IMG/VR virus record: IMGVR_UViG_3300022921_001344
Span: 413-64,412 of that record
Source of the DNA: a virus
Taxonomy: Duplodnaviria; Caudoviricetes
Reading direction: 5' to 3' (one strand)
DNA length: 64,000 nucleotides
A program made the position numbers and the translations under genes. Under the pieces are notes generated by a model. That model was given only the letters and a program-made list of their open reading frames with translations. It did no database searches and had not been told where the DNA came from. This document shows positions 38,609 through 48,099 of the stretch, piece by piece. How positions within the stretch are numbered: position 1 is the first letter of the stretch; each line of letters starts with the position of its first letter.

Positions 38609-39202
38609 TTATGAGTAGATATTTTCTTTTGTCCAAAGCCATGTTACTAAGGCAGTACGCACTCCTTCGGTAACCAAAGAAACTCTATGAGGGAGTTGAG
38701 GTTTAAAGATGACAGCAGAACATTTTTTAAGTTTAGGTGTATTTAGTATATCCTTATCGTCCCAAGAATTTTTGAATTCCATATCACCACCTTTAAATTG
38801 ATCTTCAAGTATAATACTCATACTTAAAGCTCTCCAACCAAATTCAGGATGGGCACCAGGTAAAACATCATCGTGCCAAGTTAAGAATCCTGCATCGTCT
38901 TCAGTATACCTTTTAACATATGACACCGGTGTACAATTATCCCAATCTATATCTAATTTAAAATGTTCATTGTTTGCTTTTTTAAATATATCAATTATTG
39001 TGTCATCATTTAAAATAGGATGATTAATAATTCTACATCTATGATTTACAGAAACTGAATAATTGGTTACAGTAAAGGTGTCATCATGCTCTGTATCGTT
39101 TTCTCTCGGTAAAGCATTTGCTTTTACATAATTGTTTTGAGAAAGTAATCCATCAACGAAAGATTCGTCGACAACATTTTCTTTTATAATAATACTGTCC
39201 AT
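38609..39202 (-). CDS. Prolyl-4-hydroxylase-like 2OG-Fe(II) oxygenase
   Basis: WHDD, R.LSMSIIL..F.GG, HRV..VT.G.R..LV.W. Confidence 0.85.
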   Translation of the reverse strand: MDSIIIKENVVDESFVDGLLSQNNYVKANALPRENDTEHDDTFTVTNYSVSVNHRCRIINHPILNDDTIIDIFKKANNEHFKLDIDWDNCTPVSYVKRYTEDDAGFLTWHDDVLPGAHPEFGWRALSMSIILEDQFKGGDMEFKNSWDDKDILNTPKLKKCSAVIFKPQLPHRVSLVTEGVRTALVTWLWTKENIYS

Positions 39203-39206
39203 ATTA

Positions 39207-39413
39207 TTATTTATTATATAAATTTATGTTAATTGATAATTCTTGTAAGGATACAGGGTTAGAGGTAGTATCTACTTCTATTTTATAAACACTTTTAAAC
39301 CCTGGTGGTTGTATGAATGCTAATTCATTAAGAATATTTCTGTCTGTAATTCTGTTGCCTTTGTCATCATATGCCACATACTGGTCGCCAGTATAATGGA
39401 CTTCTATCATCAT
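39207..39413 (-). CDS. Hypothetical protein
   Basis: ORF coupled to neighbours. Confidence 0.6.
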   Translation of the reverse strand: MMIEVHYTGDQYVAYDDKGNRITDRNILNELAFIQPPGFKSVYKIEVDTTSNPVSLQELSININLYNK

Positions 39414-39721
39414 ATTTCTATACTTGCTTCAAAAGTAAATTGTGTATCATCAAATTCATCAAACAACATTTCAGATATCATATCACCTTCATCTGGTTCA
39501 ATTTCTTCTAACAATACAATTTCATATATCCACATAAGGCCTTCTGAGTCTTCACCCGTATATCCTATGACTTCTATGCCTACTTGTTCTTTTTCTTCGT
39601 CATAGGCGGTAAGCACTTTTGTTGGCACAACACTCTGAACAATGTCATGGTAAACTATAACGTCCTGATCTGTCAGTTCGTCTCTAGTCAACATTCTTAC
39701 AAAGTGTTTTATAAATGCCAT
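39410..39721 (-). CDS. Acidic hypothetical protein (likely start MAFIKH)
   Basis: ATG just after the stop of the upstream gene. Confidence 0.65.
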   Translation of the reverse strand: MAFIKHFVRMLTRDELTDQDVIVYHDIVQSVVPTKVLTAYDEEKEQVGIEVIGYTGEDSEGLMWIYEIVLLEEIEPDEGDMISEMLFDEFDDTQFTFEASIEI

Positions 39722-39725
39722 ATAA

Positions 39726-40052
39726 TTACTTACCTTTACTAAATGCCTGAGCACCAAAGAATGCGGCAACGATACCTGCTACTGCTACAAAGTATGTAGC
39801 CGCCATATCGCCAAGTATTTTACTTGCACTCTCTAATCCGAACAGAACCGCCAATACTACTGCAAATGGGTATAGAAGCATACCACTTAGTGCAAACCAA
39901 GCCATACTTCTTTGTGCATCACGCATTGCATCTAAATCTTCTAGTTCTTTTCGTTTGAACTCAAGATACATATCTTCTTCTGCTTTAGATACTTTACCGT
40001 CTCCATTTGTATCAGCAGGATGAAAAACTTTTTTATCTGTGTCTTCTGCCAT
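39726..40052 (-). CDS. EF-hand-containing two-TM membrane protein (holin-like)
   Basis: DTNGDGKVSKAE loop plus two TM segments and a basic C-terminus; late promoter motif at 40080-40087. Confidence 0.65.
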   Translation of the reverse strand: MAEDTDKKVFHPADTNGDGKVSKAEEDMYLEFKRKELEDLDAMRDAQRSMAWFALSGMLLYPFAVVLAVLFGLESASKILGDMAATYFVAVAGIVAAFFGAQAFSKGK

Positions 40053-40135
40053 TGTAAACTCCCTAATTTGTTATACTACTATTTATCATATTCTTATTTG
40101 TAGTGAAAATAGTATAATTCTTGTTAAATAGTAGT

Positions 40136-41434
40136 ATGTCTAAAATTATATTATTGGTAGAAGAAATATCGGAAGATGGCCATCTATGTGCAAATGGTAT
40201 AGTACATAGAGCCCTTGGTATAGAAACTAAACGTAACGAATTCGATGATGATTTTCTTGTTTTTAATGATACAGATTACTTTGAATTTCATACTATAAAC
40301 ACATATGAAATAACTTCTGATACCAAGGTATTTTATTATGTTGAAGTAAAAGATACACAAGAACATTTGAATCCTGTTTGGGTATACGGAATACAACCAA
40401 ATACTTTAAAAAAACTTAAAAAATTTAATATTCCAATTATTATAAACGAAACACAAGAATTTTTTCTCGATTATATGTCAGAAGGAAGACCACATAGATC
40501 TAGTTCTTCTGCAGACCTATTAGACAAACAACTTACTAAGTTAGGACTTATACGAAATAATATTATAATAAACGGTGTAGCAAACTTAGGTGATTCAACG
40601 CCCAATCTTCAATTTGCAAATCGTACATACCATACGAACTTTTCTTTTTATTTTTTTAATAGAGCTCAATATTTAATCAAAGAAGATCATACTAAAAGCA
40701 TAAATTCCTATGAGGACAATTTTAGTACACCAAAAGAAAAATTGTCTATATGCATAAACAGACAACCGAGAGAACTACGATGTACTTTACTAGCACTATT
40801 GGAACCTTTTAGAAAAAACTCTATTTTTACAATGTTAGGCGAAGAGCCGTTAAATAATAAATTAAATGAGGCAGAAATAAAAGAAAGATTTATTTCAAAT
40901 ATAAATCTTTTAAAAGACGACGACTTAAAAGAACAGGCCCTAGAAAATTTAGATTCATTACTACCAGACTTCCCACACGAATTTGATATAGAAAAAGATA
41001 AAAAGAATCAATCAATGCATACAAACATCAACGAGGAAATAAACCTTGCAAGAAGAAAATGTTTTTTTGAATTAGTGACTGAAACACATGATTCTAAATA
41101 TAAAGATATAGATGTATCTATTATAACAGAAAAAGCTCTGTGGCCAATCATAAATCGTATTCCTTTTGCTATAGTAGGACATAGGGGTAATTATCGTTTC
41201 TTAAAAAAAATAGGGTTCGATCTATTTGAAAAATCACTTTTGTCAGAAGAAGATGCAAGTCATTCATACGAACATAATTTTAGAACTATTAGAGCTGTAT
41301 ACGATAGAATGTCAGGTGACAATCTAGATAATTGGGTCAAAGATCACAAAGATGCATGTGATTTAAACTTTAACGTTTTATTAAATACTGATTGGAAAAA
41401 AGTAGAAGTGGATAGATTGTTATCTTTTATCTAA
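40136..41434 (+). CDS. Putative glycosyltransferase-like protein (paralog of 4300-5502)
   Basis: NRQPR..R, FELVTET, ITEKA..P....PF.IVG....LKKIGFDLF. Confidence 0.5.
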   Translation: MSKIILLVEEISEDGHLCANGIVHRALGIETKRNEFDDDFLVFNDTDYFEFHTINTYEITSDTKVFYYVEVKDTQEHLNPVWVYGIQPNTLKKLKKFNIPIIINETQEFFLDYMSEGRPHRSSSSADLLDKQLTKLGLIRNNIIINGVANLGDSTPNLQFANRTYHTNFSFYFFNRAQYLIKEDHTKSINSYEDNFSTPKEKLSICINRQPRELRCTLLALLEPFRKNSIFTMLGEEPLNNKLNEAEIKERFISNINLLKDDDLKEQALENLDSLLPDFPHEFDIEKDKKNQSMHTNINEEINLARRKCFFELVTETHDSKYKDIDVSIITEKALWPIINRIPFAIVGHRGNYRFLKKIGFDLFEKSLLSEEDASHSYEHNFRTIRAVYDRMSGDNLDNWVKDHKDACDLNFNVLLNTDWKKVEVDRLLSFI

Positions 41435-42250
41435 TCCTCTTAAACTTCCTAGGTGTTTACCTCTGATATCAACAAAGTTTTTATTATTATAAACAGTTTC
41501 ATAAAAATTATTTTGTGTTATATTTTTACTAAAAATATTTAATAAGTCTGCATGACATTGTTCTCCTATATGTTGTACATCTTCGTTGTAAAACTCAGGT
41601 AAAAATTCTTTAACATATTTTAAATACATTTCTATAGTTGGATGTAACTCTTGTTCCAAATTTTCATCTATCCTAAAATTATATAAATCATCTTTAGTAA
41701 ATCCAAATTCTTCAACCATATACCAAACAGGAAAGGCTTCATCTAATAAATCTATATACCTAAACTCTGATACATCATAATCAAAAATATCTAAATCATC
41801 TGTACCTTCTTGTAAATTTCCAGATAAAGGCATAGCATTTAATAATTTATATTTTACACCGGTACTATCTAATAATTGCTTAACAGCATTAACGGAACTC
41901 CAACTATCCATAAGACCCCATTCTAAACTCCAGTGATTTTTCTTCCACATGTCATTGTAAATATCGTTGTTTGTTGGAAGGTAAACAGGTCCTCTGGAAG
42001 GCCATTTAAGATCAGTAAGCCACACATCGTTTCTGAGGAAACTAGTAAACATAACTAATACTGTGTCGTCGGGTGTAAATTTTTTATGATGGTTTGCTTC
42101 ATAAACCATTTGTTGTATAAAACGATTGCCCATACCTGATAGGCCTAGATTATAAAATTCTTTGAATTGTGATCCTACAAGATCAGCCCAAGTGGGGTAA
42201 TGGTAACCTGTACAACTACATCCAAATGTAAATAATCTATTTTTCTTCAT
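41420..42250 (-). CDS. SGNH/GDSL-like hydrolase/acyltransferase-like protein
   Basis: FTFGCS.T block I, N.GLSG.GN block II, ELHP block V. Confidence 0.55.
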   Translation of the reverse strand: MKKNRLFTFGCSCTGYHYPTWADLVGSQFKEFYNLGLSGMGNRFIQQMVYEANHHKKFTPDDTVLVMFTSFLRNDVWLTDLKWPSRGPVYLPTNNDIYNDMWKKNHWSLEWGLMDSWSSVNAVKQLLDSTGVKYKLLNAMPLSGNLQEGTDDLDIFDYDVSEFRYIDLLDEAFPVWYMVEEFGFTKDDLYNFRIDENLEQELHPTIEMYLKYVKEFLPEFYNEDVQHIGEQCHADLLNIFSKNITQNNFYETVYNNKNFVDIRGKHLGSLRGLDKR

Positions 42251-42917
42251 CCAATATATTGATTCTATTAATAATTGTTTCCATACCGTTATGGTACCTT
42301 CCTTTGGACTGTGACTTCACATATCCCTCTATATTTATAACAGAATTTTTATTGATATTCTTTCCATGAAAAAACTTTAATATATGTTTGTCATCAACAC
42401 TACAAGTAATTAGATAACTCATAGTTCTAGGAATATATCTAACAAACTCTACCTTAGCATTAAACTTGCCTCTTTGTTTATACTCTCCTAAAATCTGACT
42501 TGTTCTAGAAAGTTCTGCCTCTCTGGTTGTCCAATTATCTTGTTCTATTTTATTAAGATATACTTTTGGTAAACTTGCTGAAATTCCAATCTTATCTTTG
42601 GTTATAATTTCTGATGATACCAATTTAAGAACATTAGTTTCAAATTCTGTTAGTTCTCTTTCAATTGCCTTAAATGTAAGACCTTTTAGATAATCGATAA
42701 TTTCTATTGCTTCTTTTGTGTCTTCCTCAGTCACATTTAATTTAAAATCACTAAAAAAATGATTATATAATAATTCAGTATTACTTGTAATATCTTTGTA
42801 TTTAAGATCATACTTAGATTGATCCTTTTTTACAAATCCTTTATTATACCTAAATGCAGAACAACTTGCGGATATTACGTCTAGTGTTTTTAAACCTGAT
42901 AATTGATTTGATTCCAT
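42237..42917 (-). CDS. Hypothetical protein, possible C-terminal OB fold
   Basis: Own sigma70 promoter (42940-42968, TTGACA-17-TATCAT); C-terminal I.G.VK......ET.INR. Confidence 0.65.
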   Translation of the reverse strand: MESNQLSGLKTLDVISASCSAFRYNKGFVKKDQSKYDLKYKDITSNTELLYNHFFSDFKLNVTEEDTKEAIEIIDYLKGLTFKAIERELTEFETNVLKLVSSEIITKDKIGISASLPKVYLNKIEQDNWTTREAELSRTSQILGEYKQRGKFNAKVEFVRYIPRTMSYLITCSVDDKHILKFFHGKNINKNSVINIEGYVKSQSKGRYHNGMETIINRINILDEEK

Positions 42918-42968
42918 TTCTACTCTCCTATAAAACTATATGATAACAAAAATATATGTTTTTGTCAA

Positions 42969-43301
42969 CTAGTCTATAAAAACATTTGCAAAAAGTTTTT
43001 GGGTAGTATTATTCATAAATTTTTTTAATTTTCCTAAATCTACAATAATTTCTATAGCATCTATTTCGTCTTTAAATTTTGAAATTTCAACTATTCTTTC
43101 TACTTTATTTAAATTTATATCCTCTTTGAAAAGATTGAGTGGGACTTCAAATATTTGATCTTTATTATATATGATATTAATCATATAGATAAAGTCTATT
43201 GGAATTTGTTTGGGGACTACTTCAAGGAGAAGTTCTCTTAAAGAATCTCCTCCTTTAGTATTTTTTGCTAAGAGCACAATTTTGGTGCCCTTTTCTGCCA
43301 T
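42969..43301 (-). CDS. Hypothetical protein
   Basis: TAATG coupling to the upstream gene. Confidence 0.65.
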   Translation of the reverse strand: MAEKGTKIVLLAKNTKGGDSLRELLLEVVPKQIPIDFIYMINIIYNKDQIFEVPLNLFKEDINLNKVERIVEISKFKDEIDAIEIIVDLGKLKKFMNNTTQKLFANVFID

Positions 43302-43888
43302 TATGATTTCTTTTTAGTTGAAGATTTCTTTGGCTTTAAACTAGGGTCTAGTTTATAGGCCTCTGATTTCTTTGATTCTGCATCATCTAAAAGTGCTTTT
43401 GCATCTTGTTCTAATAATTCTGCTTGAACTAAAAGACTTTCTGCTACACTGGCGTCTGGTGCCACTGCTTCTGCAGACTCACTTATTGGTTGTGTGTCTA
43501 CACTAACAGGATCTGTTTTAGGAGGTGTGTAACCGCCTTCTAGTTTATTGATTTCAGCATTTACTTCTTTAAGTGAAACTTTATCACTTGGTGTAGGTGT
43601 TAAAAATACTAGATCAACTGATACTTTCTGCAATTTTTTACTAAAATGTAAATCATTTAACATATTAGACCCGTCTGTAAATTGTCTTCTTGATAGTACA
43701 TCAGCAATATTGTTGCTTTCTTGTGCTTCAGCACTTTGTACTACATTCATTAAATCATCATGTTTTTGATCAGTTAAAGAATTAGACTCTACAATTAAAC
43801 AGTTTTCAGGTTCATTAGGTACTTCTCTGAAGACAACCACACATGGTTTTTCTCCAATCTTACCTACATGTTTCATTAAATTTGCCAT
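43301..43888 (-). CDS. Hypothetical phage protein
   Basis: KHVG..VVFR..P.E..NCL motif; RBS. Confidence 0.75.
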   Translation of the reverse strand: MANLMKHVGKIGEKPCVVVFREVPNEPENCLIVESNSLTDQKHDDLMNVVQSAEAQESNNIADVLSRRQFTDGSNMLNDLHFSKKLQKVSVDLVFLTPTPSDKVSLKEVNAEINKLEGGYTPPKTDPVSVDTQPISESAEAVAPDASVAESLLVQAELLEQDAKALLDDAESKKSEAYKLDPSLKPKKSSTKKKS

Positions 43889-43890
43889 GA

Positions 43891-44175
43891 TTACTCCTGA
43901 CTTTCTTCGTTTTGCTCAGCCGCTTCTTGCTCAGCTCTTTCTTCTTGTTGTTTAGCAACAAAACCTAAAAATGTTTGTAGTTTATCAAAAACTGCACCCA
44001 CTTGGCTAAGTTCAGCACCTCTAAAGGCACCTCTACCACTTGCTAGGTCAACAATATTTGCAAGTAATTGCAAATCGTTTAGACTAATACTTTCTGGAGC
44101 ACCTGCTTCAGCATCTGCTATTGGTTGCTCAACATTTTCAGTATTAACTTCTTCTGTTTTATTTTCTTTGGCCAT
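43891..44175 (-). CDS. Hypothetical phage protein
   Basis: AGGAG RBS; late motif at 44200-44207; DL....IVD.AS.RGAF..E motif. Confidence 0.75.
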   Translation of the reverse strand: MAKENKTEEVNTENVEQPIADAEAGAPESISLNDLQLLANIVDLASGRGAFRGAELSQVGAVFDKLQTFLGFVAKQQEERAEQEAAEQNEESQE

Positions 44176-44238
44176 TTTAACTCCTAATTTATATGCTACT
44201 ATTTAACATAAGTTTTAATTTTTAATCAATAAAAATGG

Positions 44239-44532
44239 TTATTTTTTTATACGATCTATACCAATTGATGTATTATAGAAAGAAATAAAGTTTTCTTTAT
44301 CTAATGCTGTCTCAAAATACACGTCTATAGTTATATGTCCGTAAGTATTTTCTGTAGTATAATACACTAAGCCTTCTGGAACTTCTTTTATATAATCAAA
44401 AATATCATAGTCTTCACTATTATCTTTTTTTAATTCACATATAACCTTATTTCTTAACATGTTCACAAAGACTTCATTACCATGCAGATTTTTCCAATCA
44501 CTATCATTTAAAACTGTTGTCTTCTTAATCAT
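44239..44532 (-). CDS. Hypothetical protein
   Basis: ORF coupled to the upstream gene. Confidence 0.6.
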   Translation of the reverse strand: MIKKTTVLNDSDWKNLHGNEVFVNMLRNKVICELKKDNSEDYDIFDYIKEVPEGLVYYTTENTYGHITIDVYFETALDKENFISFYNTSIGIDRIKK

Positions 44533-45160
44533 AAAGTCCGTCAGAAGGATAGGTTATATAACCCATTTTGTTATCATCTTTAGCAATACCATACAGCCAA
44601 GATTTTTCTTTATTTTTATCAAGTATGAGATTTGCCATATATTTTGGCCATTGAAAAATGTCTTCAAACTGAGCAGGACACATTCCATACGAATCTATAC
44701 CATACTGTCTTTGTGTTTGTATAATTTGATAATCCAATGCTCTAAGCATTTTATATTGTAACAAATCTTTATCTACAGGATTTTGGTCTCTGGCAACCTG
44801 GCTTGTTATATGACATATTTGTCCTTTAAACTTATTACTAATTAACCAGTCAAACAAATATACTTTAAAAAAGTTTGTATCTAGACTATTGTGGAACCAT
44901 TCCCCAAATATTAGTTTTTGTGTATCTATATTTTGCTTATGGATGGGACGATTCATTTCAAAAGGCATACCAATATTGATATTGAAAACAACTATATCTG
45001 GTATTTTTAAATTGCTTGCCTTTAAATCTATAAATGATTTAGGGTCTTTATAATTTACATTACTTCTGCCAAAAGTATGAACTTCAGTGACATGTTGCTC
45101 GAATTCTGACACCATGGCTTGGCCAAAGTCTGAACTTGTTCCAAATACCCAAACAATCAT
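44525..45160 (-). CDS. Degenerate short-chain dehydrogenase (SDR)-like protein
   Basis: VFGTSSDFG Rossmann-like start, DIVVFN, ITS; the YxxxK position reads YKMLR. Confidence 0.5.
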   Translation of the reverse strand: MIVWVFGTSSDFGQAMVSEFEQHVTEVHTFGRSNVNYKDPKSFIDLKASNLKIPDIVVFNINIGMPFEMNRPIHKQNIDTQKLIFGEWFHNSLDTNFFKVYLFDWLISNKFKGQICHITSQVARDQNPVDKDLLQYKMLRALDYQIIQTQRQYGIDSYGMCPAQFEDIFQWPKYMANLILDKNKEKSWLYGIAKDDNKMGYITYPSDGLYD

Positions 45161-46473
45161 TCGCCTTTTCTTTCATAAGGTACAGTTATACCAAACGGTG
45201 ATTCGGGTGTTTTGCCTCCATATCCACCTCCATGTACAATAAACAATGTATCACAGTAAGTTTCGTCTCCCCAACTGCCCCAAGGATAACCATCTGTAAA
45301 CATCACAAACTTCTTAGGTTGTATGCCTTCTTCTTTCATGTAATCAAAACAGCAATCAAATTCAGTACCACCGCCACCGGCTAATTCGTACTCCATAAAA
45401 TCACCCATATCAGTTTCAGTAAATACTTTAGGATTATGAACCTCAGTATCAAAACAGAATAAATGAATTTTAAAATCAGTATATTGATCCATAATACCTT
45501 TAACTTCACTTAAAAAGTCTCTAGCCATAGCATCATCAATAGACCCTGACATATCTAATGCTAATGCAATATCTATTGTTGTTTCTCTATCTAATCCTGG
45601 TAAATAGAATCCGTCATTTAAACCCTTTCTACTTGGATTCATCCAGGTATAGTCACTTTTAACAACACTCTGTATTTGCATAGCAAGTAACTGTCTCCAG
45701 TCTAATTGTGGATTTATTAAATGGTCTAGTAATCTTTTAACACCACTTGGTAAGTTACCAGCACCAGCCGCCTTTGCGGCTTGCATAGTAGCATTCTGGA
45801 ACTCTTGTTTAATTTGTTCCTTTTCTTCAGCAGTATATTTTTCAGGACCTTTACTGGCTTCCCCTTCTGTGTTTCCCTCTGCTCCTTCACCTGAACCAGG
45901 GTCGTCTCCTTCTTCTCTATCTATATGTATATCCAAAGTAGTTTCAATAATTTGTCCGTTCTTTTCCATTTCTTCAAATAATTGATCGTATATTTCTTCA
46001 GATACCATACCCCTGTATTTCCAATCATGACATATTTGCACTAATTTAATTTCTTCACCAACACGACCATCTATAAGATCTGCATTAATAACATAGTCGT
46101 TTGCAATATTCCAAAGTACAGGGTGTCTGTCGCCACGTCTATCAGCATCCATATGATCATATACACAATGTAATACTTCATGCCCAACAAGGAATACAAG
46201 TTCCTGATCTGATAATGCGGCAATAAAATTTTTGTTATAATAGAAATATTTGCCGTCAGTTGCGGCAGTAGGACACCATTCTGTAGCATCTTTAAGTAAA
46301 AGTCTAGTAGCAAGATTACCAAAGAAAGGTGCTGACATAAGCATTTCTATTCTGGCTTTGATAATTCTATCTACAATTTCTTCGTTTGATAATGTAGTTT
46401 CTGGTATTTCGACAGATAATTTAGGTGCTCTATCTGATGCATTACCTTTTGCTTTAACTTTTGTATCTGTCAT
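45157..46473 (-). CDS. DUF2201-type metallopeptidase-like plus VWA domain protein
   Basis: TAATDG, HEVLH (HExxH), WNIA.D..IN, MIDAS DMSGS, GGGGT.F, FTDGY. Confidence 0.9.
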   Translation of the reverse strand: MTDTKVKAKGNASDRAPKLSVEIPETTLSNEEIVDRIIKARIEMLMSAPFFGNLATRLLLKDATEWCPTAATDGKYFYYNKNFIAALSDQELVFLVGHEVLHCVYDHMDADRRGDRHPVLWNIANDYVINADLIDGRVGEEIKLVQICHDWKYRGMVSEEIYDQLFEEMEKNGQIIETTLDIHIDREEGDDPGSGEGAEGNTEGEASKGPEKYTAEEKEQIKQEFQNATMQAAKAAGAGNLPSGVKRLLDHLINPQLDWRQLLAMQIQSVVKSDYTWMNPSRKGLNDGFYLPGLDRETTIDIALALDMSGSIDDAMARDFLSEVKGIMDQYTDFKIHLFCFDTEVHNPKVFTETDMGDFMEYELAGGGGTEFDCCFDYMKEEGIQPKKFVMFTDGYPWGSWGDETYCDTLFIVHGGGYGGKTPESPFGITVPYERKGE

Positions 46474-46502
46474 TAGTTACTCCTTAATTTAACTATAATA
46501 TT

Positions 46503-46530
46503 ATTATAGCAAAATTATAACTTTTGTCAA
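46503..46530 (-). promoter_or_regulatory. Sigma70-type early promoter
   Basis: TTGACA-16 nt-TATAAT with TGn extension. Confidence 0.75.
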
Positions 46531-47135
46531 GACTTTTTAACTATAATATTGTATATTTCTTCCCAATTTTTTACAACTGTTGCTGAACCCTTATAGTCCA
46601 TATTATGTCCGTGTTCCATTAAAATACCGTTGAGACCGGAATCAATACCCCATTGAACATTTTCTGTTTTATCCTCAATCCAATAATTACCAGGATATTT
46701 TTTGCCGTATTCTAATAAAATCTCATCCTTATCTGCACCTGTATCTAAACAAATCACGTCAATAAATGCATCTCCCATTAATTTTTTAAGATTTCTTTCT
46801 CTTAACTGTTTGGCATAAGGGTCTAAACTTAGACTTGTAATTGCTAAAAAATAATAACCATGTTGTTCGTTTAATTTCTTAATAAAAAACTGTGCATCTC
46901 TTAAAGGAGGTAAAAATCCAATGGCCGCACTTTCGTTAAATTGTTTGACTAATTTGCTCCCTTGTTCATAAGACATACCGTATCTTTCGCCTATGTTATA
47001 CATGTATTGATAGTTATCAACTAATTCATGTCCATGATGTTGCATCCAGACATTGAATCCTTCCTCCCAATCCAAAATAACACCGTCTATGTCTGTTAAA
47101 ATTATTTTATTCTTTCTTATATTCTTAAATTTCAT
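46527..47135 (-). CDS. HAD-family 5'-nucleotidase-like phosphatase
   Basis: DIDGV, ITS, K, IEDK motifs. Confidence 0.8.
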   Translation of the reverse strand: MKFKNIRKNKIILTDIDGVILDWEEGFNVWMQHHGHELVDNYQYMYNIGERYGMSYEQGSKLVKQFNESAAIGFLPPLRDAQFFIKKLNEQHGYYFLAITSLSLDPYAKQLRERNLKKLMGDAFIDVICLDTGADKDEILLEYGKKYPGNYWIEDKTENVQWGIDSGLNGILMEHGHNMDYKGSATVVKNWEEIYNIIVKKS

Positions 47136-47191
47136 GTGTCCATTATACTAGTATTTTGATAAAAAGTCAAGCAAATTTGTTAAATAGTAGT

Positions 47192-47782
47192 ATGGCAATA
47201 AAAAAACATACAGTTTTCCCAAACTACTTATTTGAAAAACAACTTATTTTACCAGAAGAAGTTAAAGAATCTTTGCTATCAGAAAGAAACGAAATATCCA
47301 AAGCAGGTTCAACTATAGAAACAAATTTTGGTTGGGCAACAAATAAGGAATACCCATTAGGAAAGGGACATCAGAAACTTTGTAAACTTGTTAGCCATCA
47401 TTTCATAAGTGAGTGCGATAGCATTCTACCAACAAAGACAAATAATGTTCAAGTATGTAATCCGTATATGTTAAGTATATCACCAGGGCACTCATATAAT
47501 GTAAATATAGAACCCATGAGATGGTATAATGCATTATTCTTTTTACAAACAACAGATAAAGGTTCGCATTTGTATCTAAATAATTTTAGTGAAAAATTAT
47601 ATGCACAACAAAACACACAGGAATCTACCTTTGTTGTAAAACCTAAAACAAATAAAGTTGTTTATTTTCCAAGCCATTTACCATGGGGTATGTCAGCAAA
47701 TATGAGTATGATAGACACGGTAGTACTTTGTTTGACGTTTAGAATTGCTGTCAAAGAACCAGACCCCTCAAGAAAAAATTAG
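47192..47782 (+). CDS. TIGR02466-like 2OG oxygenase-fold protein, metal ligands apparently lost
   Basis: FP start, TN.GW, P....VVYFPS.L pattern; canonical His residues not seen. Confidence 0.5.
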   Translation: MAIKKHTVFPNYLFEKQLILPEEVKESLLSERNEISKAGSTIETNFGWATNKEYPLGKGHQKLCKLVSHHFISECDSILPTKTNNVQVCNPYMLSISPGHSYNVNIEPMRWYNALFFLQTTDKGSHLYLNNFSEKLYAQQNTQESTFVVKPKTNKVVYFPSHLPWGMSANMSMIDTVVLCLTFRIAVKEPDPSRKN

Positions 47783-47784
47783 AT

Positions 47785-47808
47785 AAGAGGGCCGAAGCCC
47801 CCTTAAAT
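47785..47808. terminator. Hairpin between convergent genes
   Basis: AAGAGGGC-CGAA-GCCCCCTT. Confidence 0.55.
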
Positions 47809-47813
47809 TTACC

Positions 47814-47963
47814 TTAAGGATAGTAAGGATTATCTGTAATATATGCAGGTAACTCGCTTTTCTTACTTTCTCTAATACTGTTTTTCACATTATTAGTTAA
47901 GTGTTTTTCCTTAAGAGATTTTTTGACTGCTCTTATAAAGAGCCTTGATTGATATTTAGTCAT
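47814..47963 (-). CDS. 49-aa basic peptide downstream of tandem riboswitch aptamers
   Basis: MTKYQSRLFIRAVKKSLKEKHLTNNVKNSIRESKKSELPAYITDNPYYP; AAGGAG RBS. Confidence 0.7.
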   Translation of the reverse strand: MTKYQSRLFIRAVKKSLKEKHLTNNVKNSIRESKKSELPAYITDNPYYP

Positions 47964-47984
47964 GTCATCTCCTTTTACAAAGAT

Positions 47985-48032
47985 GCGTTCCTTCGGTATC
48001 ATTACCTACTTCCGTCTGTTTCCAGATGAACG
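47985..48032 (-). ncRNA. Glutamine riboswitch (glnA motif) aptamer 2
   Basis: CGUUCA-[UCUG GAAA CAGA]-CGGAAGUA-[GGUA AUGA UACC]-GAAGGAACGC matches the three-way-junction/E-loop consensus. Confidence 0.85.
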
Positions 48033-48040
48033 TAATTAAT

Positions 48041-48099
48041 GCGTTCCTTCGTCACAATTGACTACTTCCGTTCACTGCTACATTTAGAGTGAATGAACG
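48041..48099 (-). ncRNA. Glutamine riboswitch (glnA motif) aptamer 1
   Basis: CGUUCA-[UUCACU...AGUGAA]-CGGAAGUA-[GUCA AUUG UGAC]-GAAGGAACGC. Confidence 0.85.

Noticed and set aside
47964-48002. N-terminal extension of the 62-aa ORF (MIPKERIF...)
   Set aside because: It starts inside the riboswitch aptamer; the AAGGAG RBS supports the start at 47963.
47985-48099. Direct repeats as a possible mini-CRISPR array
   Set aside because: Only two units, and the variable parts are paired stems; riboswitch aptamers explain them.
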